From: a virus
DNA length: 64,000 nucleotides
IMG/VR virus record: IMGVR_UViG_3300022774_000002
Direction: 5' to 3' (one strand)
Below the pieces are notes generated by a model. The model did no database searches, was not told the origin of the DNA, and saw nothing but the letters and a program-made list of their open reading frames with translations. Positions 30,358-40,982 of this stretch are shown here, in pieces. A program made the position numbers and the translations under genes. The number at the start of each line of letters is the position of its first letter. Position 1 is the stretch's first letter.

Positions 30358-30981
30358 ATGTCTGAAGAAAATCAAGCTCCATATAAGTTGCCCAATTTGA
30401 ACGATGCTGAGATTGAGTGGTTGGAAGTGGCTCTTGCTCTATTCAAGCCTCGTGTTGTTTATCTTAGTTTTATGGATTATTTTCCGCGTCTTTATAGGTT
30501 AGCTGAAGGTAACGGTGTATCGGATGCTGATTTTAGAAAGCAGCTATTAGAGCGTTTTCGGCAAATGGTGCATAACAAGCGGCGTGGTAGCTACGAAGTT
30601 ATTCAAAAAATATCGAAAGTGAATATGTCAATATTTCGTAGCAAATCGGTGATCAATTATTTTTACCCACCTGAACGAGCGGAAGTTATTCGTGTAAGGA
30701 TGAATGAGCTTCCTAAGCGAATAGACCAGGTGCCTATTTTGCGCGAAGAAGACAGTATGCTTCAGGCTTTAAAGCTTGAACATGAATATGCGAAATATCT
30801 GAAAACTCTTCAGGGTGTAGAAAAGAACGCTGATCCTACAATACAGACTTCTCCCCAATCAAAAGAGGACACCAAACCTGTCCAAGCGAAAGAGAAATCT
30901 GTTGCTCCAGGTGAATATGATTGGGACGATGATAGCTGGTTAGAAGGCGATGATGAGGAATCTAATGAACCAGAAGAATAA
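30358..30981 (+). CDS. hypothetical protein upstream of terminase (small-terminase candidate, unproven)
   Basis: 207-aa ORF with an acidic C-terminal tail. The only support is its position two genes upstream of terL. Confidence 0.55.
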   Translation: MSEENQAPYKLPNLNDAEIEWLEVALALFKPRVVYLSFMDYFPRLYRLAEGNGVSDADFRKQLLERFRQMVHNKRRGSYEVIQKISKVNMSIFRSKSVINYFYPPERAEVIRVRMNELPKRIDQVPILREEDSMLQALKLEHEYAKYLKTLQGVEKNADPTIQTSPQSKEDTKPVQAKEKSVAPGEYDWDDDSWLEGDDEESNEPEE

Positions 30982-31336
30982 AAGCAATCTTGTGATCCAG
31001 GACAAAAAGCTTCCGAGTTCTGTTAAGAATGACAATTTGAATTGGCAGAATAGTGCTGAAGGCAAGGTAAGGCGTCAGCAAGCGGCTGAACACCAGAGTA
31101 AACTTCAAAGTGCTTGTAATGATGCGATGATAAAGGCGAAGCGTGAGCGAGGCACTACGGGTATGAAAGATACGGAATACCAAGCGATTATTGGTAATAT
31201 TATGGAACAGAACTCAGCTCGCACAGCTTTTGGATCGTTGGGCAAGCGTAAGCCTGCGACGACCAAGACATTCGGCTTTGTCACGTTGGCGAATGGTGAA
31301 AAGAAACTTATGCAGATCTCTGGACCGATGGATTAA
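30965..31336 (+). CDS. hypothetical basic protein immediately upstream of terL (small-terminase candidate, unproven)
   Basis: Start moved to the ATG at 30965 (GAGGAA SD, 4-nt spacer). 123 aa, Lys/Arg-rich. Confidence 0.55.
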   Translation: MNQKNKSNLVIQDKKLPSSVKNDNLNWQNSAEGKVRRQQAAEHQSKLQSACNDAMIKAKRERGTTGMKDTEYQAIIGNIMEQNSARTAFGSLGKRKPATTKTFGFVTLANGEKKLMQISGPMD

Positions 31337-31339
31337 GTT

Positions 31340-33097
31340 ATGGGACCCGAATACGGACATCAATTGGATGGAAACCGCAATCTTGTTTTAGGTAAGAATG
31401 GTAAACCTATTCGTATCAAGCTCCCGCGTATTATTTTTGACAACGGCAAGGTATATGCTGTATCTAAAGAAAACCCGCAGCAGCGTTTTCACGATGATCC
31501 GAGCAAATTCCGATGTGTTGTGGGTCAGGTAGGTTGTGGTAAATCTGCGATGGCGAGTGCTGAGGCTTTGTATCATTCTTACTGTTACAAGAACAATCTT
31601 GGTTTTATTTTGATGAAATCGATGCGTCAGATGGATATAGCTGCTGTTCGTTCCTTCAAAGAAGTTTGTCCGCGTCGTCTTGTTTGGCGTGAGAGTGATG
31701 AACATGTGTTGCTCTTGAACTATGCGGGTGTTGAGTTTATGAAAAAGGGCGGTAGGTTCTTACCGAAAAAGCAGCAGGAAGCGCGTTTAGAGGAAATTGG
31801 TGGACTCAGCACAGTTGTGTATACGAGTTTTGAGGGAACGCGTGCGGCACTTAAGAAGTGGGCATCTGCGAATATTGGATGGTATATGATTGACCAAGCG
31901 GAGGAGTCTGACATCAAGTTGTATAAAATGCTCCTTCACCGGTTGCGTAAAGATCCATCTGCTCGTCAAGCGTGGTTTATAGCTAATTTGCGAGAAGACC
32001 TACCGATTGAATCTTTATGGATTTATAAGTTATCTTCACCGGAATCTCACGAGAAACTGAGTTCACATTCGTATATGGAGATGCATACGCACATGAACGA
32101 AAAGAATCTTCCGCAAGATTTCCTTGAGAGTCTTGAAGAGGGTCTTGATGAAAGGGAGTATGCCCATTATGTATCTGGTGATAAAGACAAGATTGGTATG
32201 ACCAAAGCGGTTTTTACGGAGTTTAGCCAGATAACGAATGTTATCAAGCATGTGGATCCGCCGGATTCTTGGGAGAAAGGTATTGGTTTAGATGTAGGTT
32301 TATCTAATCCGACAGCCTTTGTTCAAGTTGCGAAACTTCCGACAGGTGAGTTGTATGTTTACGAGGAGTTTAAGGAGAAGGGAGAGGTATCTTCCTATTA
32401 TGCGAAGCAGATTCTTGCGCGTCGGACGGAGAAACACAGATTATTTGCGATAGATGCGACAGCGGGTAATCGTAGCCGTGTGACGTTGACCTCTGAAATA
32501 GACGAATATCTTCGTTGGGGTATACCGTTTCAACCGGCGACTCGTGATGTGATGGCGGGTATCAATAGACTGCGTGAGTATATGAAGTTTAATCCGACGC
32601 GCTTTAATCCATTTACGAAGCAGCCGGGTTCATCGATGCTTTTCGTATCTGACCGTTGTCAAGAGCTGATCCGAGAGATTCAGCAGTATCGTTATGACGA
32701 GTCAAAGTCAGTCGGTTTCCAGAATGAGCCTGAAAAGGTTCGTGATTATGACAATCACCTTGTAGATGCGTTGCGGTTTATTGTGGTGATGATGTCTGTT
32801 GCCTTGACTGGGGCAAGTGAAGTGAATGCGATTGATGTTCCGAAGGACGGATATAATCCGAATGTTAAGAGATCGAAGTTCAAAGTCAAGGAAGATGGGA
32901 ATTTGTCTTTTGAGGAGACTTTTGCTGAGGCACTCCGTATGCCTGGTGGTCAACCTAATAGAAAGAAGCGATATGTGTCTTCGTGGACACCGCCGCCGGA
33001 GGACCCGGATACGGGTGTGATTGTCCCTGGTAGTCAACTTCCGTCTATGCGATCGAAACGAAGTATTTATACCTCTACTTGGATGGAGAAAAGATAA
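31340..33097 (+). CDS. terL: terminase large subunit
   Basis: Walker A GQVGCGKS (31523-31546) and Walker B-like WYMIDQAEE. The C-terminal nuclease-like motifs are GLDVGLSNPTA and DNHLVDALRF. 585 aa, at the head of the structural module. Confidence 0.85.
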   Translation: MGPEYGHQLDGNRNLVLGKNGKPIRIKLPRIIFDNGKVYAVSKENPQQRFHDDPSKFRCVVGQVGCGKSAMASAEALYHSYCYKNNLGFILMKSMRQMDIAAVRSFKEVCPRRLVWRESDEHVLLLNYAGVEFMKKGGRFLPKKQQEARLEEIGGLSTVVYTSFEGTRAALKKWASANIGWYMIDQAEESDIKLYKMLLHRLRKDPSARQAWFIANLREDLPIESLWIYKLSSPESHEKLSSHSYMEMHTHMNEKNLPQDFLESLEEGLDEREYAHYVSGDKDKIGMTKAVFTEFSQITNVIKHVDPPDSWEKGIGLDVGLSNPTAFVQVAKLPTGELYVYEEFKEKGEVSSYYAKQILARRTEKHRLFAIDATAGNRSRVTLTSEIDEYLRWGIPFQPATRDVMAGINRLREYMKFNPTRFNPFTKQPGSSMLFVSDRCQELIREIQQYRYDESKSVGFQNEPEKVRDYDNHLVDALRFIVVMMSVALTGASEVNAIDVPKDGYNPNVKRSKFKVKEDGNLSFEETFAEALRMPGGQPNRKKRYVSSWTPPPEDPDTGVIVPGSQLPSMRSKRSIYTSTWMEKR

Positions 33098-33107
33098 GGA
33101 GTTTTAG

Positions 33108-33602
33108 ATGCCGACAAAATTGGTAAAGAACACGCAATTGAGCCATAACTTTTTAGTACAGGCTTCTATGTCAGTATTTCATGATCGTGAGATGTGCGAA
33201 CAAGCCCGTGAGATTGAGCGTGAAATGGTAGAACAGGCGCGCGAGGTGCGAACTCAGGAGCGTAAGAAGACGCAACTTGAGAACCAGCGTGACGGACTTA
33301 TTAAGGGAGCTACCACACAAGACGACCCTTTAGAAATAGATAAGGTGCGTCATATTGTAGTTGATGGTATCAATAAGATTTACTATAACGGCAAACCGCA
33401 TGCCCCTGAACCTGAATGGGTTGAGTTGGATACAGACATTATGTTTGCCCAAGTTTTGGAAGAAAAAGCGGAGTTAGAGGCGAAGATAGCACAGCAGGAG
33501 CAGGAGATTCTGAGACTGCGTGAAAGTCTTGATATAAAACAAGCTGCTGCCTCTGAATCTGATAGTGGTGAAGCAGAGACACTCAAGCATCTTGGAGGTT
33601 AA
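33108..33602 (+). CDS. hypothetical coiled-coil protein
   Basis: 164 aa with AAGGAG SD. Repeated EQAREIEREMVEQAREVRTQE-type helices. Confidence 0.6.
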   Translation: MPTKLVKNTQLSHNFLVQASMSVFHDREMCEQAREIEREMVEQAREVRTQERKKTQLENQRDGLIKGATTQDDPLEIDKVRHIVVDGINKIYYNGKPHAPEPEWVELDTDIMFAQVLEEKAELEAKIAQQEQEILRLRESLDIKQAAASESDSGEAETLKHLGG

Positions 33603-33608
33603 TACAAA

Positions 33609-34196
33609 ATGAGTGATGAGTATCATGTTCGGTTTCCTGTTGATCTGGGTCGTGGTGTAACAGAGGAATTTGTTTATTATCCGGGTCGCAAACTGTTACA
33701 AGTTGACTGGAAGGATGCGACTAATGGGCGAGGTGATGTTCTTAATATCACTGCGGAAAGCACTGGTGAGATAGAAGTAGAACTTTGGAATATAGCTGCG
33801 CTTCATCGGGAGTATTACGATAAAGATTTTGCAGGTAATACACCGCCACCAGAAGAAGCACCACCGGGCACATTGGACGGTAAGGTGTATGTTCCGCCGG
33901 GTATACAACAGTCTGTTGACCTTTCACAAACAGGAGAACAAGACAATTCCGGAGCAGGTTTGCAACAACAGGGTATGGCTACAGGGACGTTACTTCCCTC
34001 TAATGAACGAGGCTATCACCTTGTGCCAGTTGAGCTTGAAACCTACAACAATATGACCGCAAGAAGTAAGGTTACTGAACTCATTTTAAAAACTGTGCTT
34101 GCTGTTTGTGAGAGTGAATTAGACAAAGACTCTACAGGACTTTCTATTATCAAAGCACAGATGGAAGCTTACGAGGAGATGCAAGTCAGTGACTAA
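33609..34196 (+). CDS. hypothetical protein
   Basis: 195 aa with GGAGG SD. Confidence 0.6.
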   Translation: MSDEYHVRFPVDLGRGVTEEFVYYPGRKLLQVDWKDATNGRGDVLNITAESTGEIEVELWNIAALHREYYDKDFAGNTPPPEEAPPGTLDGKVYVPPGIQQSVDLSQTGEQDNSGAGLQQQGMATGTLLPSNERGYHLVPVELETYNNMTARSKVTELILKTVLAVCESELDKDSTGLSIIKAQMEAYEEMQVSD

Positions 34197-34197
34197 G

Positions 34198-34584
34198 ATG
34201 GGTAAGAATATCGATAAGATTCTTGAGCAAGTTCGTGAGAATATAACAGAAAAGTTGGATGCTCAAGAAACAGTTATCGAGGAGCTTAGATCTGAAATAG
34301 AGCGTTTACAAGGTTTGCTGGATAGCACCGAGAACTTGCAGCATCTAACGGCTTATGAGTCGCATGCTATGGCTGCAGGTTTATCCTTGCACGAATGGGT
34401 GCGTCAGAAACTGACAGAGGCTATTCGGTATAATACGATCCCGGTTTCTGAAAAAGTTTATCGTAAGATCTGTAGTCTTGCTGGTGGTCGTAGCACATCT
34501 ATTATGCGTCTCACGCAATCCAAATCAATGGATTTTGTCATCACGAATGCGATTGATAACCAAAAAATACGGGAGGATACCTGA
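34198..34584 (+). CDS. hypothetical protein
   Basis: ATG at 34198, 2 nt after the upstream stop (the track uses GTG at 34189). 128 aa. Confidence 0.55.
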   Translation: MGKNIDKILEQVRENITEKLDAQETVIEELRSEIERLQGLLDSTENLQHLTAYESHAMAAGLSLHEWVRQKLTEAIRYNTIPVSEKVYRKICSLAGGRSTSIMRLTQSKSMDFVITNAIDNQKIREDT

Positions 34585-34799
34585 TGAGTAATGTATGGGG
34601 CAAACAGACCAACAAAAAAGGCATTTTTTCTGGTCAAAATCCGAAACCTCGTCCACATGGCAAGGCAGTTCACACGCCTACGCTCCTTTTGGAAAATGAA
34701 AACGGCGATCTTAAGCCGTATAAACCGGATCCATCTCAACCGGATCCATCTGTTGAAGATCAGAAAGCAACGATAATCTCATCAATTACAGGACAGTAA
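34584..34799 (+). CDS. small protein with MSNVWG N-terminus
   Basis: 71 aa with GGGAGGA SD. Shares its first six residues and 15/16 nt (TAATGTATGGGGMAA) with the scaffold-like gene at 36941. Confidence 0.6.
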   Translation: MSNVWGKQTNKKGIFSGQNPKPRPHGKAVHTPTLLLENENGDLKPYKPDPSQPDPSVEDQKATIISSITGQ

Positions 34800-36922
34800 T
34801 GCTTCAAACGAACGCGAACTTTATCCCATCATCAGATGCGAATGTCTTAGGAGCGATGTCTCCAGAGGAGTGGCTTGTAGCGACGGGTCGTGCTGAGCCG
34901 ACGAATCCTGAGATGACCCCAGCGGATGAGCGTGCCTCGATGGTGATGAAGTTTTATGAGGAGTCGAAATCTTCAAAGACGCGTTCTGAAGCGTTGATGA
35001 TGTGGAAGGAAGCTGACCAGTTATTTAGGGGTCGTCAATGGGTTGGACACGAGGATAAGCTTTCTGATTATAGTATAGGTTTTGTGATAAACATGATCTT
35101 CTCGCATGTGGAAAAGCTCAAGTCTCTTTTGATAGAGAGTATCCCTGAAATTGAGATTTTACCGAGACAGGAGAACATGAATGCGATAGCTGAAGGACTT
35201 GACAACTTTTTCCGTCATGAATATGACCGAAATAACTGGCTTATCGCGATCCAAAACGCTATAGAGGAAGCGATCAAACATCGGACAGCATTCTTAAAAG
35301 TATTTTGGGATGCTGAAGATGATGCGGGGCGTGGAGCTGTTCGTTTGGATGCTGTATCTAATTATGATCTGTTTTTACATGACGGAGCCATGATTAAGGA
35401 TGGTGAACTGCAGTCTAAATACGCCATTCATCGGATGAACAAGAACCGGAATGAAATCATCGGTAGATGGGGTGTGGACCCGACCGGTGAGTACCAGAAG
35501 CATTTGGGATTAGACAGACCTCGTGAGCGGAAACCTGCTAATGTGTCGAACTTCATTGACGCTGTTAGAGAGGAGATGCGTCTTGGATCGGGTGGTATGA
35601 CAGGTGCAGGTAGCACGTCAAGACCGCCTGATTACAACGAGAAGAAAGGGACTTTGGAGCTGTATGAATGTCATTACCGAGATGACTCACTGATCGTGAC
35701 CGAAGGGTATGGCGAGCGTAAAAAACATCGACTCAAATATCCGAATGGTCGTGTTATCACCGTCTGCAATGGTCATGTGCTCCATGACGGACCGAATCCG
35801 AACGGTTTTTGTATGTTTGTGCCCATATCGATTGCCCCGAATACAACAGATATTTACGGACCGTCGGTAGTGAATCACTTGGCGGGTGTTCAGTTTGCTA
35901 TCAATAAGTCCTACTCACAGATCTATGAACATACGGAGCGTTGTAGTAACCCTATATTGCGTATGTCTTCACTGACGCAAGGAATGAACCAAGATACGAA
36001 TTTAGGGGATCCTGGCACTCGTATTGTGACAGCTGAAGCAGAAGGTGGAGCGGATTATATGATACCACCCCCGCTTGGTTCAGAAGTTAAGGAGCTGCTG
36101 AGTATTTCGCTTGAGATTATTCAAGACATATCTGGCATGTTTGATGCGTATGAAGGGGATTCCACCAAAGCGCGTTCTGGTGTTGCTATTGAAAGGCTGC
36201 AATCGGCTGCTGCGACACGTTCAAATATGCTGATGATGAATGTAGATCAGGGTATTAAGGTTGTTGTGCGTAATGTGTGTAGTCTGTTTTTGGATAATGT
36301 CCGTGATGACCGGCAATATCGGTTTATGGATGAGGATACGTTGGCAGAGAAGTTTGGCACATTCAATGCGAAGGAGATGGTATTTCCGACGCGTCAACAA
36401 CGAATTATGGAGATCCAGGCACAGATTGATGATGCGACCTATAAGATGGGTGTTGTCTCTCGACTTGATCCGATGCGTGCGAATATGTTGAAACCGGAGC
36501 TTGATATGGAGTTAGCTGAACTTGAGGAACAAAAGCTCCAAGCATCGATTTTGCCTGCCCATGACCTTGTTTCTATAGATGTGCGTGTTCAAATTGGGAC
36601 ACGTTCGATTACCAAACAGCAATTGATCAATACAGTGATGGTTTTGTATGAGCTTCAGCTTGTTCCACCTCAGTTTGTTCTGAGAATGATTGAGTTACCG
36701 GGTTGGCGTGATGCTTTCAGAATGCAACAGGAAATGAATGCGGAGCAGCTGGAAGCCGAGCAACAGATGCTTGAGCATCAGTTTGATTTAGAGAAAGCCA
36801 AGATAGATATTGAACATGCTGATGAGATGGAGTTGGAGGAGTTGAAAGGGACTATCGATATAGCGATAGAAAAGCTAAAACTAAAGGCAGCGGAGAAAAA
36901 GCAATCGCAAGCCGCAGCCTAA
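34799..36922 (+). CDS. portal protein
   Basis: 707-aa ORF directly upstream of a scaffold-like acidic protein and a capsid-sized ORF (canonical terL-portal-scaffold-capsid order). Charged helical C-terminus. No motif-level proof. Confidence 0.75.
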   Translation: MLQTNANFIPSSDANVLGAMSPEEWLVATGRAEPTNPEMTPADERASMVMKFYEESKSSKTRSEALMMWKEADQLFRGRQWVGHEDKLSDYSIGFVINMIFSHVEKLKSLLIESIPEIEILPRQENMNAIAEGLDNFFRHEYDRNNWLIAIQNAIEEAIKHRTAFLKVFWDAEDDAGRGAVRLDAVSNYDLFLHDGAMIKDGELQSKYAIHRMNKNRNEIIGRWGVDPTGEYQKHLGLDRPRERKPANVSNFIDAVREEMRLGSGGMTGAGSTSRPPDYNEKKGTLELYECHYRDDSLIVTEGYGERKKHRLKYPNGRVITVCNGHVLHDGPNPNGFCMFVPISIAPNTTDIYGPSVVNHLAGVQFAINKSYSQIYEHTERCSNPILRMSSLTQGMNQDTNLGDPGTRIVTAEAEGGADYMIPPPLGSEVKELLSISLEIIQDISGMFDAYEGDSTKARSGVAIERLQSAAATRSNMLMMNVDQGIKVVVRNVCSLFLDNVRDDRQYRFMDEDTLAEKFGTFNAKEMVFPTRQQRIMEIQAQIDDATYKMGVVSRLDPMRANMLKPELDMELAELEEQKLQASILPAHDLVSIDVRVQIGTRSITKQQLINTVMVLYELQLVPPQFVLRMIELPGWRDAFRMQQEMNAEQLEAEQQMLEHQFDLEKAKIDIEHADEMELEELKGTIDIAIEKLKLKAAEKKQSQAAA

Positions 36923-36940
36923 ATATAAGGAGGACACCTC

Positions 36941-37870
36941 ATGTCTAATGTATGGGGAAATACAGTAAGCGTGCCAGCAGGAGCGAAGCCTCCGTTTGAT
37001 CCGAATGTTCGCTGGACGCGTGATAACTCTCAGGGTGCGAAACCTGATGAAGAAGAAAATAGCAACCAGAACACTGATCCTGATGAAACCCAAGATGAAA
37101 CCCAAGAAGATAATCAAGATGGTGATAAGGTTGAAACCCCAACTGTTCTGATGCCTGACGGCACACGTATACCCGCAACATCTTATTTTGCCAAAGAAAA
37201 GACGGAGTTAGCTGTTAAGGAAGCATACATTCAAGGTTTGTTGGCAGGTCAAAACCAGGCGGGTGCAAATAATGGTGGCTCACCTGATGAGACCGAGGAA
37301 GAATCAGAACCGGCTACACCGGCATTCCAAAAGATTGAGGTTGATGAAGATAAGCATTATGAACCGAATGAACAGATGCTTATAGATAAAAACAATGAGA
37401 ATGTTGATATTTTCAATTCTGTAATGACGAAAAAAGACGAAGAAATTGACGCACTTAAGACACAGCTTGGTGAAGTAACAGATGCCGTTAGCAAACAGAT
37501 ATTTGATTCTAATCTGGCTATGGTAGAAGCGACGACGGGCGTGTCTCGTGATGAGATTATAGCTAAAAACCAGGAAACCAAGATAACCGATCCTGAAATT
37601 TTAGCGAAGATTATTTTAGGTGAAAAAGCTGCGAATGGTGAAGAGCTTCCTTCTGCCTTGAAGCAAGCCGAAGAAGAACGCGATGAAAATAACAAAGGTG
37701 TTTCTGGCACATCTCAAAGTGGTGGCGACGAACAAAGTGGCACATCTGAAGAACCTTACCGCGGACTGAATCCGGATGAGATCAATCTCGGTGAAAAAAT
37801 GGATACAGCGACACTACAGAAAATCGGTAGTGCGTATAGTTTCGCGCCGCAAGTCGTCAATAACGGTTAA
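36941..37870 (+). CDS. scaffolding protein candidate (acidic, helical) with MSNVWG N-terminus
   Basis: 309 aa with AAGGAGG SD. Strongly acidic low-complexity N-region and helical repeats. Located between portal and capsid. Confidence 0.65.
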   Translation: MSNVWGNTVSVPAGAKPPFDPNVRWTRDNSQGAKPDEEENSNQNTDPDETQDETQEDNQDGDKVETPTVLMPDGTRIPATSYFAKEKTELAVKEAYIQGLLAGQNQAGANNGGSPDETEEESEPATPAFQKIEVDEDKHYEPNEQMLIDKNNENVDIFNSVMTKKDEEIDALKTQLGEVTDAVSKQIFDSNLAMVEATTGVSRDEIIAKNQETKITDPEILAKIILGEKAANGEELPSALKQAEEERDENNKGVSGTSQSGGDEQSGTSEEPYRGLNPDEINLGEKMDTATLQKIGSAYSFAPQVVNNG

Positions 37871-37916
37871 TTTAATAGGGCATTCATTTTCTCAATAGGG
37901 CAAGAGAGCATGATAA

Positions 37917-38885
37917 ATGTTTCTAAACTTAGGCGAACTGTCTGCATTTTCACGGGATTGGGGACCCAAGTCAGTCGCTGATAACTACTACGATGTCCAC
38001 GTGCTTCATAAGTCTATGAAAGCGCGTCAGATGACGTATCCTGGTGGCGAAAACATCAGACTCCAACTGATGATCGCTGGTGACCCACACGATGAGACCG
38101 GTCGCGCACAGGATTTCTACGGGACTTGGGACTATCGTAATCCGAACCTGTTTGATGCAGCACAGTTCGAGCCGAAGATGGATGTTCAAATCATCACGGT
38201 CTGGGACGGTGAGGTTGCAATAAATGGGTCAAGCGATGTTCAATATGCCAATCTCGTAACTAACCGACAATCAGCCTATACCAAAATCTTTGCTGACCGC
38301 ATGAGTAGATACCTCTATGGACGCGGGCAAGGTGGTGTCCGAATTAACGGACTTGAAGATATTTACGATAACGATTCCACATTTGGCAAGATCGACAGAT
38401 CGGATACGGACATCTTCAACACCTATGTATTTGAAGCATCAGACGGCACAGGTCGTGCGATTAGCCGTAGATTACTGGGTCAAGCTGCAACTTCTATTAC
38501 AGACGGTAGTATAAAACCTGATCTTATTCTAACGACGCCTGATGTTTGGGATGCGATTGAGGCGATTTTAGATGAACAAGAGCGTTATCCGAATACGATG
38601 ATGGTTGACGCGGGTTTTACGAACATGACCTACCGCGGTATTCCAATAGTTTATGATAAGAACATGCCAGTCAAAGGACGCCAAAACCATTCACTGCGTT
38701 TCTTGAACTTCGATTATTGGCGTTGGTATGTGCATCAAGGTTTCAACATGGCGCGTCACGAGTGGATGCGTATGCCGAACAACGCGGGGCAGTTTGAGGT
38801 GATTATCAATATCGGTAATACCTGTTCAGACAACCTTCGTTATTTGGCAACGCTCGATGACATTAACCCTTCGCTAACGACATAG
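37917..38885 (+). CDS. major capsid protein candidate
   Basis: 322-aa ORF immediately after the scaffold candidate. Size and position only. Confidence 0.65.
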   Translation: MFLNLGELSAFSRDWGPKSVADNYYDVHVLHKSMKARQMTYPGGENIRLQLMIAGDPHDETGRAQDFYGTWDYRNPNLFDAAQFEPKMDVQIITVWDGEVAINGSSDVQYANLVTNRQSAYTKIFADRMSRYLYGRGQGGVRINGLEDIYDNDSTFGKIDRSDTDIFNTYVFEASDGTGRAISRRLLGQAATSITDGSIKPDLILTTPDVWDAIEAILDEQERYPNTMMVDAGFTNMTYRGIPIVYDKNMPVKGRQNHSLRFLNFDYWRWYVHQGFNMARHEWMRMPNNAGQFEVIINIGNTCSDNLRYLATLDDINPSLTT

Positions 38886-38896
38886 GGGAGATAATC

Positions 38897-39718
38897 ATGA
38901 TATTTGCACAAACGCATTCATTTGCGGAAAAGAGAGCTGATGGACTTTGGAGTCGTCATGATACACCTCAGATGGAGTTAGGTGAAGCTTTCAATGCTCA
39001 ACGTGACAACGTCTTCACCAGCTATATTCGGTATGGTGAAGATGTTGAGATCGGTGATCTATTGAAAAGTAAGACAGATTTGTTGGCACTCACTTCTGCT
39101 GGTGTGCTTGATGGCAACTTAGCTGTTGGCACAAAAGAGATACCTCTCGCTGCAGCGTCAACGCTGTCATCTATCATCAGTGGTGGATTATTTACGAATG
39201 ACACAGATCTGAAAGAGATGCGCGGACACGCGGTCTTACGAGCTGTTGATACGGCTGGATCTACGCGTCGTGGGATCGTCATTGGTATCCAAGCACAAAA
39301 GTTAGATGTAATTTGGCTTACATCGGATGGCAGACTCGATGTAGCTATGGCAGATGCGACGACGAGCATAGAACTGCAAGCACCCTGGATACTTGAAAAG
39401 GCGGGTGCGACGGATCATGTTGTCGCGGTTGCTCAAGCAGCAGGTAAAGCAAAGGAATTCGGACTTGTATTGTATTGCGGTTTTGGTGCTATCAAAGCCG
39501 GTGCAGCAGTTGTTGCGGGTGCTCCATTGCGTCCTGTTGCTGGTGGTGAAGCCGATGATGAAGCGGGTGGAACACAACCTGAAGCTGTCATTGCAAGTGC
39601 GTTGACCGCAGGTGCGAATGATGAAGTGATCTGGGCTAACATCGATTGTAAGCCTATCAGTAAGATTCCATTCCAAGCTGAAGCATTCTTACGCGGCACA
39701 AAACGACCCGGAGAATAG
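38897..39718 (+). CDS. Ala/Gly-rich virion protein (possible capsid decoration protein)
   Basis: 273 aa with GGGGAG SD. Two similar beta-rich halves ending in G/A-rich stretches. Function inferred only from its position after the capsid gene. Confidence 0.55.
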   Translation: MIFAQTHSFAEKRADGLWSRHDTPQMELGEAFNAQRDNVFTSYIRYGEDVEIGDLLKSKTDLLALTSAGVLDGNLAVGTKEIPLAAASTLSSIISGGLFTNDTDLKEMRGHAVLRAVDTAGSTRRGIVIGIQAQKLDVIWLTSDGRLDVAMADATTSIELQAPWILEKAGATDHVVAVAQAAGKAKEFGLVLYCGFGAIKAGAAVVAGAPLRPVAGGEADDEAGGTQPEAVIASALTAGANDEVIWANIDCKPISKIPFQAEAFLRGTKRPGE

Positions 39719-39719
39719 A

Positions 39720-40973
39720 ATGAACCGCGGACAGTTGAGAGCTACCATGCGTAGATACCTCGCGGAGTCACGGCAGGGTATCTGGAAGGATGAAGATTTA
39801 AACGAGTTTCTAAACGAAGCTTGTGATGAACATGCTTTCCGTGCTTACTCCGTCCGGAAGACTGTGCATGTTAGCTCACTGTTCGGTGTTCAAGAGTATG
39901 CTCTCCCTGACGATTTTGGAGAACTACTCTCAGTTCGCTATCAGTATGAGGGGCATCAGGGCACTCGCGGTCTGGACTATGTGAACAAGCAGGTTATCCT
40001 GGACTGGTCATATAGTGATAGCGATTTGGGTGACCCTGATTGCTACTATAAAGATGAAGATTCACTGATAGGGGATAAAATCGGGTTGTTTCCGATACCG
40101 AATAAACCGCGTGTGTTTGACCGTGAATTTGAGGGGAATTGTCCACAATTTACCCCGATGTTAGATAACCGTGGTGCAGTGTATCCGAATACGCCCACGG
40201 AGTTTCTGAATTATGGTGAGTTTTCTATAACGAATGCTGATGAACAGATTATCGCGAGCACTGATCTTGACCCCTGTCGTGTATGGGTGTCGCAAGTTGA
40301 TTTTTATTTGAGACGCGAGGGGTATCCGTATCCGGGTCAAATCTTTTTAGATATTCGTGAACCGGGTAACGATGCGAACATTCACATATCAAAACCGATA
40401 CCCGCAGCTTATATTGATGCTCAGCCTACGTGGATACCTTTTGATTTGACGCAGAACCCGCTTCTGATTGATGAAAACGAAATCAATTATGAAATTCGGT
40501 TGCGCGGTGATGGTGATTATTTGTTCCCACTGGGTGAGGCGTTGACAGAGCCGGAGACAGTTATCCGCCATTTTGGGGGACGCGGTGTGATGATCGGAAC
40601 GAGTGAGGAGAATGGTGCGGATACTGCGTTTTTCCGTATGCATCGACTACGCAACGATATAGAAGTTGAATTCTATCGCAATATTTGTGATCCAATGGAA
40701 GAAGATGACGATGTTCCGCAGGTATTACAGCGTTACCATAAAACCTTGTGGAAAATGGGTCTTGAGAAAGCTTACGCAAAAGGTGGTTTCAATATGGCTT
40801 TATCAGCGATGTGGGGGGATAAAGCGGAGTCAGAGATTATATATGCTCGGACACAAGCCGTCATACCAACAGCGGGTCAACGCAGAGAAATACGTCCTGG
40901 TGACAGTCGTAGGCTGAACCCTAATTTCCAATATAATCATTCAACGGGACGGGCAACTGTCCGGTTACGCTAA
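39720..40973 (+). CDS. virion structural protein, function unassigned (adaptor/connector candidate)
   Basis: 417 aa with GGAG SD, in the head-to-tail part of the late operon. Confidence 0.6.
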   Translation: MNRGQLRATMRRYLAESRQGIWKDEDLNEFLNEACDEHAFRAYSVRKTVHVSSLFGVQEYALPDDFGELLSVRYQYEGHQGTRGLDYVNKQVILDWSYSDSDLGDPDCYYKDEDSLIGDKIGLFPIPNKPRVFDREFEGNCPQFTPMLDNRGAVYPNTPTEFLNYGEFSITNADEQIIASTDLDPCRVWVSQVDFYLRREGYPYPGQIFLDIREPGNDANIHISKPIPAAYIDAQPTWIPFDLTQNPLLIDENEINYEIRLRGDGDYLFPLGEALTEPETVIRHFGGRGVMIGTSEENGADTAFFRMHRLRNDIEVEFYRNICDPMEEDDDVPQVLQRYHKTLWKMGLEKAYAKGGFNMALSAMWGDKAESEIIYARTQAVIPTAGQRREIRPGDSRRLNPNFQYNHSTGRATVRLR

Positions 40974-40982
40974 TGAGGTATT

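Noticed and set aside
39022-39699. Minus-strand ORFs 39022..39369, 39302..39676 and 39433..39699.
   Set aside because: They are antisense shadows of the GC- and Ala/Gly-rich gene 38897..39718, inside an uninterrupted plus-strand late operon.
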